A DNA stretch of 64,000 nucleotides, taken from NCBI GenBank assembly GCA_036785375.1, contig JAWMAR010000086.1:7378001-7442000 (forward strand), written 5' to 3'. The notes below the pieces were generated by a model that worked only from the letters and a program-made list of their open reading frames with translations, was not told the origin of the DNA and did not search any database. The position numbers were made by a program, and so were the translations under genes. The stretch is from Leucoraja ocellata (taxonomy: Eukaryota). Each line of letters starts with the position of its first letter. Positions within the stretch are counted from its first letter, which is position 1. Positions 1-13,499 of this stretch are shown piece after piece.

Positions 1-525
1 GATACTCAGAGCTGCGTCAGAGATAGCACAGTGTGTGCAGACAACTATTAGGTTCTGGAAGCACCTGGGCATGTGATCTCTTTCATTACCTGCTGTTAGA
101 TGTGATGGAAACAGCGGTGTCCACACTCCATCATTGGTTGCTCTGCACTTCAAAGCCCAGAGATTTCACAATAGTAACCTCAGTGGTGTACTTTGAGATG
201 TGCAGCCAAACAAAAAAGTGGTCTGCAGCAGCTCTGAACACATCCAATAGGTGATGAGAGGATTTATGATCCAGCCAGTCCACCAGTAATAACCCACACT
301 CACTGCGTCACCAGGTAGATTGCAGCGCCTAGCCCTACATCTTAACCTGCATAGCCACCTCACTTCCCCTGCCTCACTCCCAGCATAGAAAATTCAATGC
401 AGTGAGACTGCAAGAAGGCAAGGATATGCATCATATATCCAGACAGGAATATGTAGCAACGTGAAGGACAGGAATTCACAATTGGTTCTGGGCTGGATGA
501 CTTAAAATAACTGACAATATGCTTC

Positions 526-830
526 GATAGGGTAGACAGTCAGAACTTGTTTCATTAAAGGTGGAAATCTCAAAGACTGGAGGCCATAGCTTTTGGGTGA
601 AAATGACAAAGTTTAAAGAGATGTGCGGGTGCCTGGAATGCACTGCCATGGGTGGTGGTGGAAGCAGATATGGTAGTGGTGTTTAATAGTCTTTTAGATC
701 GGCATATGGATATGCAGCGAATGGAGGGATATGGATCATCAGAAGGAAGATGAGATTAGTTTATTCTGGCATCATGATTGGCACAGGCATCGTGGGCCGA
801 AGGGCCCGTTCCATGCTGTACTTTTCTATG
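526..830 (+). mobile_element. CR1 LINE 3' fragment
   Basis: Runs from gatagggtagacagtcagaac to tgggccgaagggccc, matching the 3' end of the CR1 copies at 22988 and 58564. Confidence 0.8.
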
Positions 831-2189
831 TATCTGGAGAATCACCAGCACGACCACACTACGTGTGCCATACGAATAATATAATGGGATATGTGTCATT
901 CAAACATAGACTGCCTCTGACGCCACAGTGAACTATATTAAGTAATGTTGAGATACTTGGAACACAATCCAATGTCGTTCTCTCCCATTAAAAAGCACAA
1001 GCTTAAAGTAACAAGAGTGACCTCTAGAGGAAGCCCAGCTGTCAGTGCTGCACCATTAATATAAAGCAAATCAAAACTATAGAACTGCATTAAACGGAAT
1101 ATCTTTAGTTATTCAATTATCTGATATTCTGAAGTTTTAAGGTCACAATATCAAATGAAATATTCTGGTTTTAAGGTCACAACATGAAATAAAACTGTTT
1201 ACATATATATGTTCTACAATCCATTTAAAATAGCTAAAACCAGAGAGTATAATTTGATTTGATATTGATCTTGATTTATTTTGGTTAACCTTCAATTAAG
1301 ATTGATATAAACAAGTAGCAAAGGGAATAAAAGGGAAAACACAAGCTTGTTTTTGAAGTGCTCATGGAAAGCATTTTTTAAAAACCATCTAAAAAGAGCA
1401 GAGCTCAGTCCAATTCAGGCAAGCAATCTTTAACTGCCGTTGCCTTTCAAGGTTACTAAAACATGGTCAATGTTTCTTTTAACATGGCACACTAATGGCA
1501 ATTTTAAGTTGCACTTTCATGGAGTGCAAGGATATACCACAGAAACTGGGTGAACATTTTCATATTCAGTGTTATGCACAGCGCTATTTCTATTTTTTTC
1601 CAGATGTATATACTCAAACCTCATATTTTTGTTATTTAATATTATGATTAGTTTTGTGACATTTAAAAAATAAAAATAGTACTTCATGACAATGACTACA
1701 AAATTCATAAAATATGTCTTTTAGAAATGTTTCAGCTTTAGAAAAGAGTTTAAAAATATTCGATTGTTCTGGGAAAACAAGTCTAAATTGCTGTTTCAGC
1801 TTTTATCTAATTTCTGCAAAGGAATATAGTTAGCAAATAATTTGTTTTAAAGTAAACCACTTAAGGGGATATAATTGAGCAGTCCTTTATAACCCACTGT
1901 GCACTATAATCTTGAAAATTTAAGAACTTGCTGCTGCTGACAGTCATGTGAAGTGCATTTCCAAATATTCTGCATCACAAGTGCAGTCTGACAAGAAAAG
2001 ATAAAATGGAATATCCTTCCTGTTTGCAACTTGTGAAACGTTTGAGACAAGATACCAAGGTTAATTAGCGAGTTTATAGGCGATATGTTTGCATATTATG
2101 AGCATGATAACATCCAACATTAACAACTCCCGTGTTCCAAAAATAATCATGCTATTGTGTTAACAATTATCCGCCAGCAAATTTCAGAT

Positions 2190-3138
2190 CACAGAGAGTT
2201 TACAGCATGAAAAAGGGCATTGTGCATACATCGGCCCGAGGTAAAGGAAATCTACCAAGACCCATTTCCTATTCTCTCCACATTTACTCCATGGGCTCTC
2301 CACATTATCCACATATTCTGCTTTCACTTATAAATCTCTCTTCAAATGCTAAAAATTGAATCTGCCTTCAAGCCAAGACTACAGATGATAGTCCTAAATC
2401 CTAACAACTCATTGCTTAAAAATGTATTTCCTCATATTAGCTTTTGTTCTTTTGCCACTTTCATTTTGTGTTCCTTGCTATGTGGTCCATTCAAAAATAC
2501 TTGTTTCTAGCAACTTAGATGATACTGCTGATCATTGCAAAAACTATCAGATATTTCATAATATTCTCTATTGCAAAGATAACAACCAAGGTTTATCCAC
2601 GTTATCTATATACCCAATTATCTGAAATCAACTTCCTCTCTAAACTCCTCAGGTCTTTACAAAAATGTGGAAGCCAAAACTGGACATGATACTCCATTTG
2701 TAACTAACCCAGTATTTCGTAAAATTTGTATCACAAGTTTTTTGCTCCTGTACTCTGATTCTATTTATAAAAATCAAGATTCTACATGTTCTTTTAACCA
2801 CTTACACAAATCTGCCTTATTCAATACATTCTGTACCTATACCTGCAAACCTGCTCTTGCGCCCCTTTCAGAATTGGGCCTTGTGGATGATATTACCTCT
2901 TTTCAATCTCCCAACCAAACAATAATGCATTATTGTGCCACCCGTTTTCCCACTCCATTATCCTGTTGCTACCTCCTTGAAATCGATTACTATCCACCTC
3001 ACATTTACTAAGCTTCCTTGATTGGTGTCATCTGCAAAATTAACAACAGTAGCCTATACACTCGAGTCATCATTATATATTTTAAACAGAAACAATAGTC
3101 CTGGAACTAATTACTGGGGACTCAACCATACAGTTGAC
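2190..3138 (-). mobile_element. Highly degenerate CR1 LINE (RT C-terminus and 3' end), interrupted at about 3139
   Basis: gtgtcatctgcaaa is the reverse of the FADD motif. The layout parallels the 22988-24000 CR1 copy. Confidence 0.55.
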
Positions 3139-3913
3139 AGTTCAAGATGACGGCGCTGCCTTAGCAGCTGCGGCTCGCCTGCAGTCCGTCTGTTCTTTCT
3201 TTTTTGTTGTTGTTCTTTTGTCCTGTTTTAGTTAATTTTGTTTTATTAGGTTGTGTATGTGTGTGAGTGGGTGGGAAAAACATGTTTTTGGTCTCTTCCT
3301 TCGGGGGAATGCGACTTTTCTTGTCGTATTCCCTGTCTCAGTCTCCGTCTGCGCCGAAGCCTAATGGCGGAGCTGGCAGCCTCGGGGCTGTGGCAGCAGC
3401 GGCGACCCGACCTCGGAGGCTCGGAGGCTCGGTCACGAGTCCGGTGGACTCGACCACGGGCCAGTGGACGACATCGTCGGGAGCTCTCAGGTCACAGGTT
3501 GGTGACTTGTTTTTCCGGAGCTCCCGCAACAACAGCTGCGTCCGCCGGACTGGAGGGCCGCAGCTTCTGTGGCTTCGACTGCCCCGGGCCGCGGAGTTTG
3601 AACCGGCCCGTTCGCGGCACTTGGATTCAGCCGCGGGTCTGACATTACTTACCATCGCCCGGCGGGGTTACAACATCCGAAGCCTGGATCGCCTCGGCGC
3701 AGAGGGAGAACAAGGAGGGAAGAGACAAAGACTTTAAGACTTTTGCCTTCCATCGCAGTGAGGAGGTGAACTCGCTGTGGCGGATGTTAAATTTGTGTTT
3801 ATTGTGTGTTTTTTTCATTTTTATTATATGTATGACTGCAAGGCAACGAAATTTCGTTCAGACCGAAAGGTCTGAATGACAAATAAATGACAAATAGATT
3901 CAATTCAATTCAA
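3139..3913 (+). mobile_element. GC/CpG-rich non-autonomous retroelement with a Rex1/Babar-like 3' end and (TTCAA)n tail
   Basis: Starts tcaagatgacggcg. Ends aaatttcgtt-hairpin-aatgacaaataaa followed by ttcaa repeats. Flanked by ttgac (3134-3138, 3914-3918). Related to 52606-53400. Confidence 0.75.
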
Positions 3914-5280
3914 TTGACTTCCATTGGGGGAAAAATAAACTTTCAAGACAAGTGTATCCTAACCATTTTTTTATTTTAAGAATGTACTTTCACTTCGAGC
4001 CTGTTGCAGGAATGCACAACCTATATTTTTGTTTACTACTGCATTTTCCTTTGATATGTTGCAATACTATTCACAATTGTAAATAATGACATTCCCAACA
4101 ATAGCCAATGGTCTAAAAACATTATGGCTTTCTACCAGGCTGCATTTTCTTCTGGCCAAGGCGGCTTGACAAGAAGTACTAAGCGCAGAGATGTTGTTAC
4201 CATATGCCATGCTTCTGAAGTTAGTTAGACTCAAAAATGATACATTACATGTTCAATTTTGGTACCAATTATCTGGTGAAAAGAATAACATGCACCTTTT
4301 TCAGGAGACCTCATTCTTTAACCTCCCAGCTGCAATTTTGTAGTAATGAAACACAACACAAGGAAAATCATGTATCTGGAACAAATTACTTAATCTTATC
4401 CAAGAAAAATATCAACTTCGAAAATGTAACAAAATACTAAATACTTGGGAACTTGCAAACACACTTTCCTTTCAAAATGGGTCATTATTAAAATTCTCAG
4501 CTGTTTTTCTTAATTGCACACATTTGGATAATTTTGTATTGGATTACCATTTGCTGAGGTAACGATTTCAGCAATCATCAATAATAGAAATCTGAAATCA
4601 TCTAATATGCTTAAATAACCTGAATCAGACCAGTAAATAGGTGGTTCATCACAAGGATATGGAAAATGTGGAGTCAACAATGCAAGAACCAATGGGATTT
4701 CTTGCACACTAACATAGCCTTACTCAAGTAGAATGTTTAATATATTTAGGAATGAACAGGCACGTTCACAAACGGTCTTGATACAATTTCAAAATTTGCA
4801 ATCAATTAAATAGTGTTTAACATTCAGCATGGTTACTGCTGATCATAACAGCACAAAGGCATAAACATCTGAGACTGATGAAAAAAGATTATGCATGTTT
4901 CTGTTAAATCATGTACAGAAAAAAAAGCAAAAATGGGATTGAGAGATACGCAAACAATTATTATATTTTTTCAAAATAAATCTTCACTATTTAAAATTTG
5001 AGAGTGTTAAATTCCAAATCTATACAGGTAGTTTTGAAAGCCAGAAAGGTGGTTTCAAACCATTCAAATTCAACACAAAATTAAAAATTCACATTGTCAA
5101 AACATTAGCCTCCAATGCTTTCTGGCAAATTTTGTGGGCAACTTATGGGCAAGCCCCCTGGCTTAATGTCCTCAGGTTTGAAATGCCAAATCTGAGAAAG
5201 TTAGAAATGCAGTGAAACCCGTGAAGGACCGACTAATTGCAGTAGCTTTCAGGTGTCTGCATTGAACCAAACATGTATAG

Positions 5281-5343
5281 CACCCATTCTCTCCAGAGAT
5301 GCTGCTTGTCCCTCTGAGTTACTCCAGCATTTTGTGTCTACCT
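5281..5343 (+). repeat. Single arm of the hammerhead-associated (Penelope-derived) repeat family
   Basis: cccattctctccagagatgctgcttgtccctctgagttactccagcattttgtgtcta matches the arms at about 50060-50123 and 57165-57310. Confidence 0.85.
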
Positions 5344-5639
5344 ATAGATTCCAGAACTTAAACATCCACATCTGACTCAAAATAACCAAGTTTTGTTATT
5401 GGCTTGTTTTACTTTTATGTGTGTCAAGTTTAACTACATGTTAGATTTGTGTTAAAATCATACTCTTAAGGTAATAATGAACAGTATGAAATACATCTTA
5501 AAATTATTTCTATCTTGTCGTTCAATCCTATAATCTAAATAGCACCCCGATTCCAAATGTTGGCTCTTTTTCTTACCACATAATATGATACTGTGCCTTT
5601 ACTAGGGGATATTACCATCTTAATTTTCCCCCACTCTCC

Positions 5640-6300
5640 CCACTCACAAATCTACTCCCCTTGAACTTATGGAACTCCATTCCACCAATATTGTTAAATA
5701 AACTGACGAGGACCATTATTGTTGCATAAACTAACCAAAGTACTCCAAAACATTGTCAGAATTCCTTTTAAACTGCACACCACTACCAAACACCTGATGC
5801 TCATTTTATCAATCACTGATCTCATCTCCTATGGAGATCTTCCTTCCATAGCCTCCAAACAGGGTCACCAATCAGACACACAGCCATTTCTCTTTTCCCC
5901 AAGACACACAAAAGGTAATGACCAAATAGCTCGTTCCTGACAAGTTACATTTATTTTCATTGTTCCTCCTTTTCTGATCTTTCCATCGACAGCTGAAACT
6001 TGGCCAATTACACCATTTCCAACTTTCAGGCACCAACTGGTATATATCCTATTCTTCTGCACCACTACCCCAACTTGGATGCTCCAAAGGCCCTTCACAT
6101 TATTCTTCAACTTTCCTTTCAATAGTCCTCAGGTTGTAAAATTTTGCTTTCAGTCATTTTCTTCAAATAAATGTTTCTATGGGAATCTGTGCTAGCCCAT
6201 AGCATGTCCAACCCTTATGGAAAATCCTACTCAGGCCTCAGAACTAAAATTATCACTCCTACTCTCACTCTAACTCAGAAACTTTTTAACCTTGCAGCCA
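5640..6300 (+). mobile_element. Degenerate Penelope-like element, RT region
   Basis: Frameshifted remnants ITDLISYGDLPSIAS, FPKTHK (cf. LPKIHK) and VSMG (cf. GVAMG..GPSYA) occur in the order expected for a PLE RT. Confidence 0.6.
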
Positions 6301-7574
6301 ATTGCCATATTTCGCAAGTCTTTGTCCTCATCTTTTGCTACATCTAGCTGTTAAATGGTTTTCAACCCATTTCCACACTCACAATGCAGTTCCATCTGGG
6401 TCTGGGTCCATGCAGTTACAGCACCAAAACAGCATTGTATACTTATCTCATCACTTGCATTTCAAGAAATCAAACTAGCAAGGTTTCAGAGTATACCTTT
6501 ACAAAACAATGGTAGATATCAAACTTCACCCAGAAAACTATGTATAATTCTTAAGCATGATGAAGCACCTTGCAAGAAAATGCATTCCAATCAGCAGCCA
6601 AACAAACTACACACCAGCAAACATGCTATTCTTAGCCACCATGTACATCAACATTATTTGAAAGCATGAAAATTATCCTTCTGCAGAAGGCACTATTGCA
6701 AAGAGAGAAGAGCTTTCCGTTCCTCTGATAGCGAAACACTGCACACCATGGTAAAAATTAATAGGAAACACAGATATAAGACATAATCTCGGTTGACATA
6801 ATAGCTTGGTTGACATCAAAGAAACTGAATAACGATCCAATGAAGCAAAGGAACACAACAATGTTAATGGTGACTAGCTGGCATATCGATGACTTAAAAA
6901 TGGCAAATTCCAAAACACACATTAATAAATGGAAACAAACAAGGGCGCAAAGAGATTAACTTTAATGACCTCTTCACAGCAGGTGAAAAATTGGAAAAAA
7001 AAGTCAATGATACGAAGAGCCTTGACGTCAAATGCACTGAACAGATAAAAATGTTTGGGTCAATAATGAGGAAGGGGCTGCTGAGCCTAGTCGGATCTCC
7101 GATTATGCACCTAAAGTTTTGAGAAAACTGTACATTGCTGCACGTTTGAAGCTGTAGAAAGACCCATTGTACAACCCATTTAAGGATACCATAATATCCA
7201 CAATTTTCCACCTCTACAAACATTATAAGCTCATCACCTTGAGTTACTGGTCCAAGAAAATAACATAATCAAACACATTGGATTCAAGCCCAGATAGTCA
7301 TGCACCAGCCAGGTGCTGAATCTTATGCAAGGCACTGAAAATGGTTTTGAGTATATAAAAACAGAAAATGTTGGAAGGATAACCCAAATAGCTTGACTAT
7401 TCCTATACCTTTAACATTCCTTTGTTTTATCCTCTAACTGGCCTCATCTCTCAACTTTAATGTCTCTTTGTTCCTGTCCTTCGTCTTTCTCCTCCGGCCT
7501 CAGTAATCGATCAACCTGATGACTTCATCAAGAGCTACCCATTAGACCCTACTTCACTCTGGACTATAAAACCC

Positions 7575-7700
7575 AGTTCTGATCAACAAGTATAGATATG
7601 AAATATCAATTATGTTCCCCTTTCCACAGGTCCTGGCTGGCCTGCTTAGTGCCTTCAGCATTTTTTGTTTTCATTTGAGAAACCCAACATCTGGGGGTTT
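7575..7700 (+). repeat. Old, diverged member of the hammerhead/pLTR repeat family
   Basis: ttctgatc...tgaaatatcaa...tttccacag...cctgcttagtgccttcagcattttttgtttt has the family layout, preceded by a pyrimidine-rich tract. Confidence 0.5.
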
Positions 7701-9029
7701 TCGATGTAATAGTTTCAAACACACCATGCGCTAAGAATTCGACCAGAGCACAAGATCAGGCCTCAAGTTGGTGATGGCTATCTCTGATGGATCTGTAAGC
7801 CGTTGGTCCACATCCACCAGCATCTGCCAATCCAGGGCTACCTCAAGCTGTCCAAACCTGGTCCTTGGTGGAATTTTCCATTAATGTCTCATGAAATACT
7901 AAATTCACGAAAAAAATTTAGAAATTCTGACAAAGAATGAACTTCCTGCCTCTAGGTCTCTGAAAACACACATACATTTGTTATGTCCATGCAGGCAGCC
8001 AAGAATCAGAACGATATGTTTAAATTTTGAAAATAAACGATACCACTTTAATAACTATTTATTAGAAATGTTTTGCAGACCTGGGAAGGTTTTTATTATT
8101 GGCAAACCTTTTGAACCACACTTTCCAGAAACGGCACGATATACAGTCGTGAACAATTTAGTTACATAGCAATATTAGCATGTTATTGTAGTATTGAAAA
8201 GATAAGGCATGTAACCTCAGCAAAGGATGAAAATTAGAAACTAGCATTTTATCTTTAATGAAATAGGTCTCAGTTCTCTTTTATGCATTATACCTAATGG
8301 AAGCGTTATTAAAAGATGATTATTTTAAAGAAGATTTTTTTATTTAATTGCTCTCAGTGCATTTTAAAAGCTGGTTCTGCTGGAGTTTTGATAATGACCA
8401 CACAAAGTGGTTAGCTATTACTTTCTAATCTATTGGTTATTTATATGAAAAAAAGTTGAAAGAGCAAGTTAATTTGCAATTACTTTAGGTTTTGCTAAGC
8501 TCCGTGGCAATGCAATTGAGATTGTCAAGTTCGGGAAGTAATCTCAAAACTTGGACTCCTTTATCCACTTATTCTGTTCACTGACAGGAACATTTTTTTA
8601 AATTAACCCAAAATGAAAGGGAAATTCAGACTATTGATATTTAAATGCATAAATTAAATTCATGCCACTGAATAAAATCTGGAAATAGGAAGCACTCTCG
8701 GTAAATTGTGCTTTAATTGGATTGGCAGTGGAGAACACGAACACATCAATCCCAATACCACTGATCTACTTAACAAACCCTCCCAGTCAGCTGTAAGGAC
8801 AGAGTCAGAACCATTGCCCTCATGATTACACCTGTGACTTTACTGACCCGATGGTAAATGGAATGAGAAATGCAAGGTTTGTGCAGTAAATGCTACGGTA
8901 ATAAATAAAACTAGCTTGACGAAGAAGAAAAAGGTAAATCACCTAGAGAATGTAAGATATAAAAAAAGTGAATTTACAGGTTAGCTAAGAAAAATGAAGC
9001 CTATAGTAAAGCTAAATTAGACCATATAT

Positions 9030-9590
9030 CCATAATAAACTGGAACAGGAGCATGTCATTCTGCTCTTTAAGCCTCCTTCACCAATCAATAAGATCACAC
9101 TTGATTTGACATTCCTCAAACCCACTTTCCTACCTTTTCCCCTTAACCTACATTTCCCCGAATAGAAACTAACAATTTCAACCTTGTATATACATCAGGT
9201 TCATGCCTCCAGAGTTGTCTTTGGCAGGGAGTTCAGAAGAGATTCTACCTCAAGAATGTTTATCTCGGTCTAAATGGATCCTCCTTATTTTGATATTACG
9301 TCCTTCTGGATTCCGACCTGAGAGGAAATACCCTCTTAGCATTTATCCTGTTCAGCCTCCTAAGAAATTTAAATGCTTGAATGAGATCATTCTTCTCAAC
9401 TGCAGATTAAAATCTCATCTTTCTTCGCAGAGAAATCCTTCTATACCTGGTATCACCTCATGAAATAACATTATTCCTTGAATATGGAGGCCAAAATGCT
9501 CTGGATGTGGTCTCGTCATTACCTTGTACAGTTGCAGTAAGATTTCTTAACCTTATATCTTTTATATTGAAATAAGGGCTAATATCCTAT
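9030..9590 (-). mobile_element. Degenerate CR1 LINE 3' region
   Basis: ggcagggagttcagaagagattc and ggaggccaaaatgc..tgtggtctc resemble the reverse CR1 sequence at 58564-59266. Confidence 0.6.
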
Positions 9591-9825
9591 TCGATTTCAT
9601 GTCTACTTGTGTTTCTTGCTCAAGGAGTGTTAAACTCTTGTGCTGCATCTTTTTCAAGTTTTTCTCCATTTACATATTGCTGGTCTTTGAACAATTAGCT
9701 AATTATTTGACGACTGTGAATTTGCTTATTTTAACCAATTCACTAGTTCATACTGGTGGTCCTAGCACTAATTTGTATGACACTTCATTGATTAAAAGTT
9801 GCCAATCTGAAAATGTCTTGTCCTT

Positions 9826-10240
9826 AGAACACCAGAACAGTATAACAGAGGAACAGGCTCTTCGGCCTCCATTGTTTGTGCCAAACATGGTGCCAAGATA
9901 AACTAATCCACCTGCATGCGATCTATATCCTCCATTCCTTGCATATCCATGCGCCAATCTGCAAACGTCAAATACCACTATCGCATCTGTCTGCACCACC
10001 ATCACCCTGACAGCATGTTCCAGGCACCCACCATCCTCTATACAAAAAGCATGCCCTGCACCTTGCCTTTAAAGTTTGCACCTTTTAGTTAAAGCTATGT
10101 CTTCTTGTCATTGGCATTTCCACCCATTCCAATTGTCTACCCTATATTTACCTCTCATAATTGTACATAGTTTTTTTAAGGTTTCCCTTAACTTATCACA
10201 TTCCAAAGAAAATAATCTACGTTTGCCATGACTTTGTTCA
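9826..10240 (-). mobile_element. CR1 LINE 3' fragment
   Basis: gaacaggctcttcggcc...gcatgttccaggcacccaccatcctc is a reverse CR1 3' UTR. Confidence 0.75.
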
Positions 10241-11722
10241 TTGTTAACTCCTCTGGCACGACTTTGTTACCCGTAATTATTTCCCCAGTCTCATTCAAGC
10301 CTCATTCTCTCTTCCTTCTCAGATATGTAAAGAAACTCTTCCTGTCCACTTTTGTTCTAACCACAACTTGATCTTTATGTCACTATGATTTTCAAATTCT
10401 TGCCAATTCGGAGGTTGTTCTGGCATATAAATCCCATCAGGGTGCAAGGTACATCAACATATTACAGTCATTCTTAAAGGCCAAAAGCCTACCATAGTTC
10501 TTAAGTTAGTAGAAAAAGAGAATAACCCTTACAATAAGGACTCCGGATTTGTTTAACCAAACCACAGCAATAAGTAGCGTTGTCCATGAAACGTGACTGC
10601 TATCATTGATGTGCTATATAATTTTCTCTTTTAACAGATGAAATCACTGGACAGTAGTCCAAATATAAACCTGATTTTCACTGCATTCAACACACACCCT
10701 ATCAACGGCTGTCATCCTGGAAATGTCAATTTTAAAGATATGTTGCGGAATAGATCGAAATGCTGGAGCCTGATAGACAGTTTTAACTATCCACCAACAT
10801 CTTCTGAGCAAGACCACAAACTTACTTCCTTAAATTTCGAGCCACGACGAAGAGTTTATGGCAAGGCCAGATTTATTATCCAACCCAGATTATCTCAGGT
10901 GCATGTTCCAAGGTAGATTGTCGAATGAGCTTCCTAAAATTGTAGAAAACTAAGTTTACATTGATTCATTGCAGTATTTTGCAAAGGCAGCAGGTATATT
11001 TATTTCTTTAGTGGGATGAAAGGAGAGGGGAACAGCTTTAAATCCATAAGTCTACACTAAAAAAAAAATCATGCAATTGAATTATGTATGTAGATGTTTG
11101 GGGAGTTATTCTGTGAAAAACACATTGTATACTGTAATCCATTGCTCTAATCCAGTTACATGAGTAATCTGACCAAGTAGTCTGCTACAGAAACAAGCAG
11201 GTCTGGGTTCTGGAATTGTGTCGGCAGATGCCATGCACCAGGAATGGTTAAGAGAAGATCAAAGACACTGGAAGGGGCTGACAGAGACCAGAAATTTGGA
11301 AGTAAGCTGGATGCAGATCTTTTTACAATCTACAAATCGCAATTTCATCAAACGTAACAAAATAGTGTTAAATAGCAAACAAAGTATATTTGTTAAAATC
11401 ACTGGCAGAAATTATAATTATGTCCAAAGATAAAATTATTTGTTTTTGATAATTTAGTTGCTTTCACACGACGGATTTGAAATAAACAAATTTCACTATC
11501 TAATTTTAAATGTTTAAATTTGACCTATTTCTCTCAAGCACTGGTTCTGGGGTGATCATCCACCTCTCAATTTTCTAATTACACCAAAAGTAGATTTTTA
11601 AATTAGTTACTTTTCATCAATAAATAATCTTAATGCATATTACATAAATTCCCTTAAAGTTGTAAACTACGAGACTTGAAGATTGGAATTGTTAAATGTG
11701 TAGAGAGAAGGCAAACTCTCAC

Positions 11723-11818
11723 CTGAAAGTCTTTCTCTTCCAATAGTTCTTTTCTCCATCGGATAAGGAAGGCAGCACAAACGTACAAGTGGAAGTGTGA
11801 GAATCCCTCTGGTTCAGA
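11723..11818 (-). CDS. TBC1D22A: TBC1D22 coding exon (probably penultimate), 96 nt: SEPEGFSHFHLYVCAAFLIRWRKELLEEKDFQ
   Basis: Manual translation. Acceptor tttgtcttgtAG, donor CAG|GTgaga, phase 0/0. From recall, RWRKE.LEEKDFQ is closer to paralog A than B (KWRKEILDEEDFQ), and the long introns also fit A. The paralog call is less certain than the family call. Confidence 0.93.
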
Positions 11819-12530
11819 CTACAAGACAAATACATTGTTATTTCTTCCTGCTAAAATTATTTGCTTTGTCTTTTCCTCTTCATTGTTTCCCCAACACAGA
11901 TTTTAGACAAAAGGAATAAACAAATGTTTCATTATCCTCTTGCACATCCATAGTGCTTTTGTCTAGTTCATGCAGCTAATCTTAGTAAACTGAATGGCCC
12001 ATTGAACAGTAATGCCTCCATGATCAACTGTGAAATAAAAAGGAACACAAGGTCCTCAAAACAAGAACTAAGCCACTCAATGCTTTTAATCTGATCAGCT
12101 ACTTATTCGCAACTGGACCTATAGAAAATAGTCTTGAAAGTAATTTGAATAATAAATCACAATGATACTTCAAGAGCAACACTAACAACTTCACCTGCAT
12201 TTAGTACTTGCATTGGAATCGTAAGCTTACTCAACATCACCAGGATTATTATTTATGAGTAAAGCAAAGTCAGGATCGTAAACAATTATGAGCTTTACAT
12301 AACTGACAAATAATGTTAAACCATCAAGTGAATAAATAGCTAAGACAAGATAGAGATCTTGATCAAATCAGCATTACATTTTTTTTTAATGTATTTGTGA
12401 ACATTTAATGGTTCTACTAACTAAATGTTGTTACCTGAGAAAAATTAGGAAATAAACATAAAATTACTGAAATATGGTAAAAGCAGCCTCAAGCGTATAT
12501 TGAATCATAAACAGATGCATTCTTAACATG

Positions 12531-12652
12531 CAACTTTTCGGGCCGAAACGTTGCCTATTTCCTTTGCTCCATAGATGCTGCCTCACCCTCTGAGTTTCTC
12601 CAGCACTTTTGTCTACCTTCGATTTTCCAGCATCTGCAGTTCCTTCTTAAAC
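12531..12652 (+). mobile_element. Truncated hammerhead-family insertion with a 16-bp target-site duplication
   Basis: Flanked by atgcattcttaacatg (12515-12530, 12653-12668). Contains ccgaaacgttgcc and the family arm, ending ccagcatctgcagttcc. Confidence 0.85.
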
Positions 12653-13499
12653 ATGCATTCTTAACATGTAAGGTTTAACAATGCTTTGAAGTGGAGATAT
12701 ATATTCATTTGGGGTGGGAAAAAAAAGAATGGAACACTGACGACTACTTTTGCATCCAAGAACAGAACTGTGAGGCAGTTGGTTTTTATTTGCTCTTCAA
12801 ACAATGATTTTGAACCAGTCTCATTTGTCATTATCAATTAGTACCCTGTACCAGCTTGTACAATCCGAACATAAAAATGAACAATGCAAAAGGAAATGAA
12901 AACAGATGACTGACAAGTTTGATCAAATGTGCTGTAAGATCCTTGAATTTTGCTCTGCACAAATCATTTTATTACATGGTAATAAAATAAATTATCAGAT
13001 ATTTAACAAGAAGTTTCTTAAACAAGGAGGAAGAAAGAGGATTTAATATATCATCTAAATAATAGTAAACTACAAGGAAAATTGCCAAATCAGCAACCTA
13101 ACCCGATCCCTTCATAATGAAGCACTGACCAAGATAATGCATCAGCATATAAAAGATTCAGCATGTGGATAAGGATATTCTCCAATTTTCACAGATGTAC
13201 TATAGGAAGTATTCTGATGGAGTGCACCCACAGCCTTATGAAAACTGCTCTGCTCTCGACTTTCAGAGCCTGCAGAGAGTGGTAAACAAAACTCAATCCA
13301 CCAGAGGCTCATCATTTCCTTCCAAAGATTTGTTCTAATAATTGCTAGATTCACAAACATAGAAGTCAAATTAATCCAATCAAATAGACTACAACTATAC
13401 AAAAGGTCAATATGTATCTGAAAAGGAATGAGACAGCTCACATTCTTATGGGAAACTGAGGGAAATCATTCTTAAGAATATTAATGTAAAACACAATTA

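Noticed and set aside
3253-3737. Three overlapping ORFs of 105-156 aa as a novel gene
   Set aside because: They lie in a GC-rich repeat where stops are rare. The products are low-complexity R/G/S/A with no recognisable domain.
1-11722. Terminal TBC1D22 exon (LQNLPT...AEAYRLK)
   Set aside because: Not found by eye or in the ORF track; it is probably left of the window.
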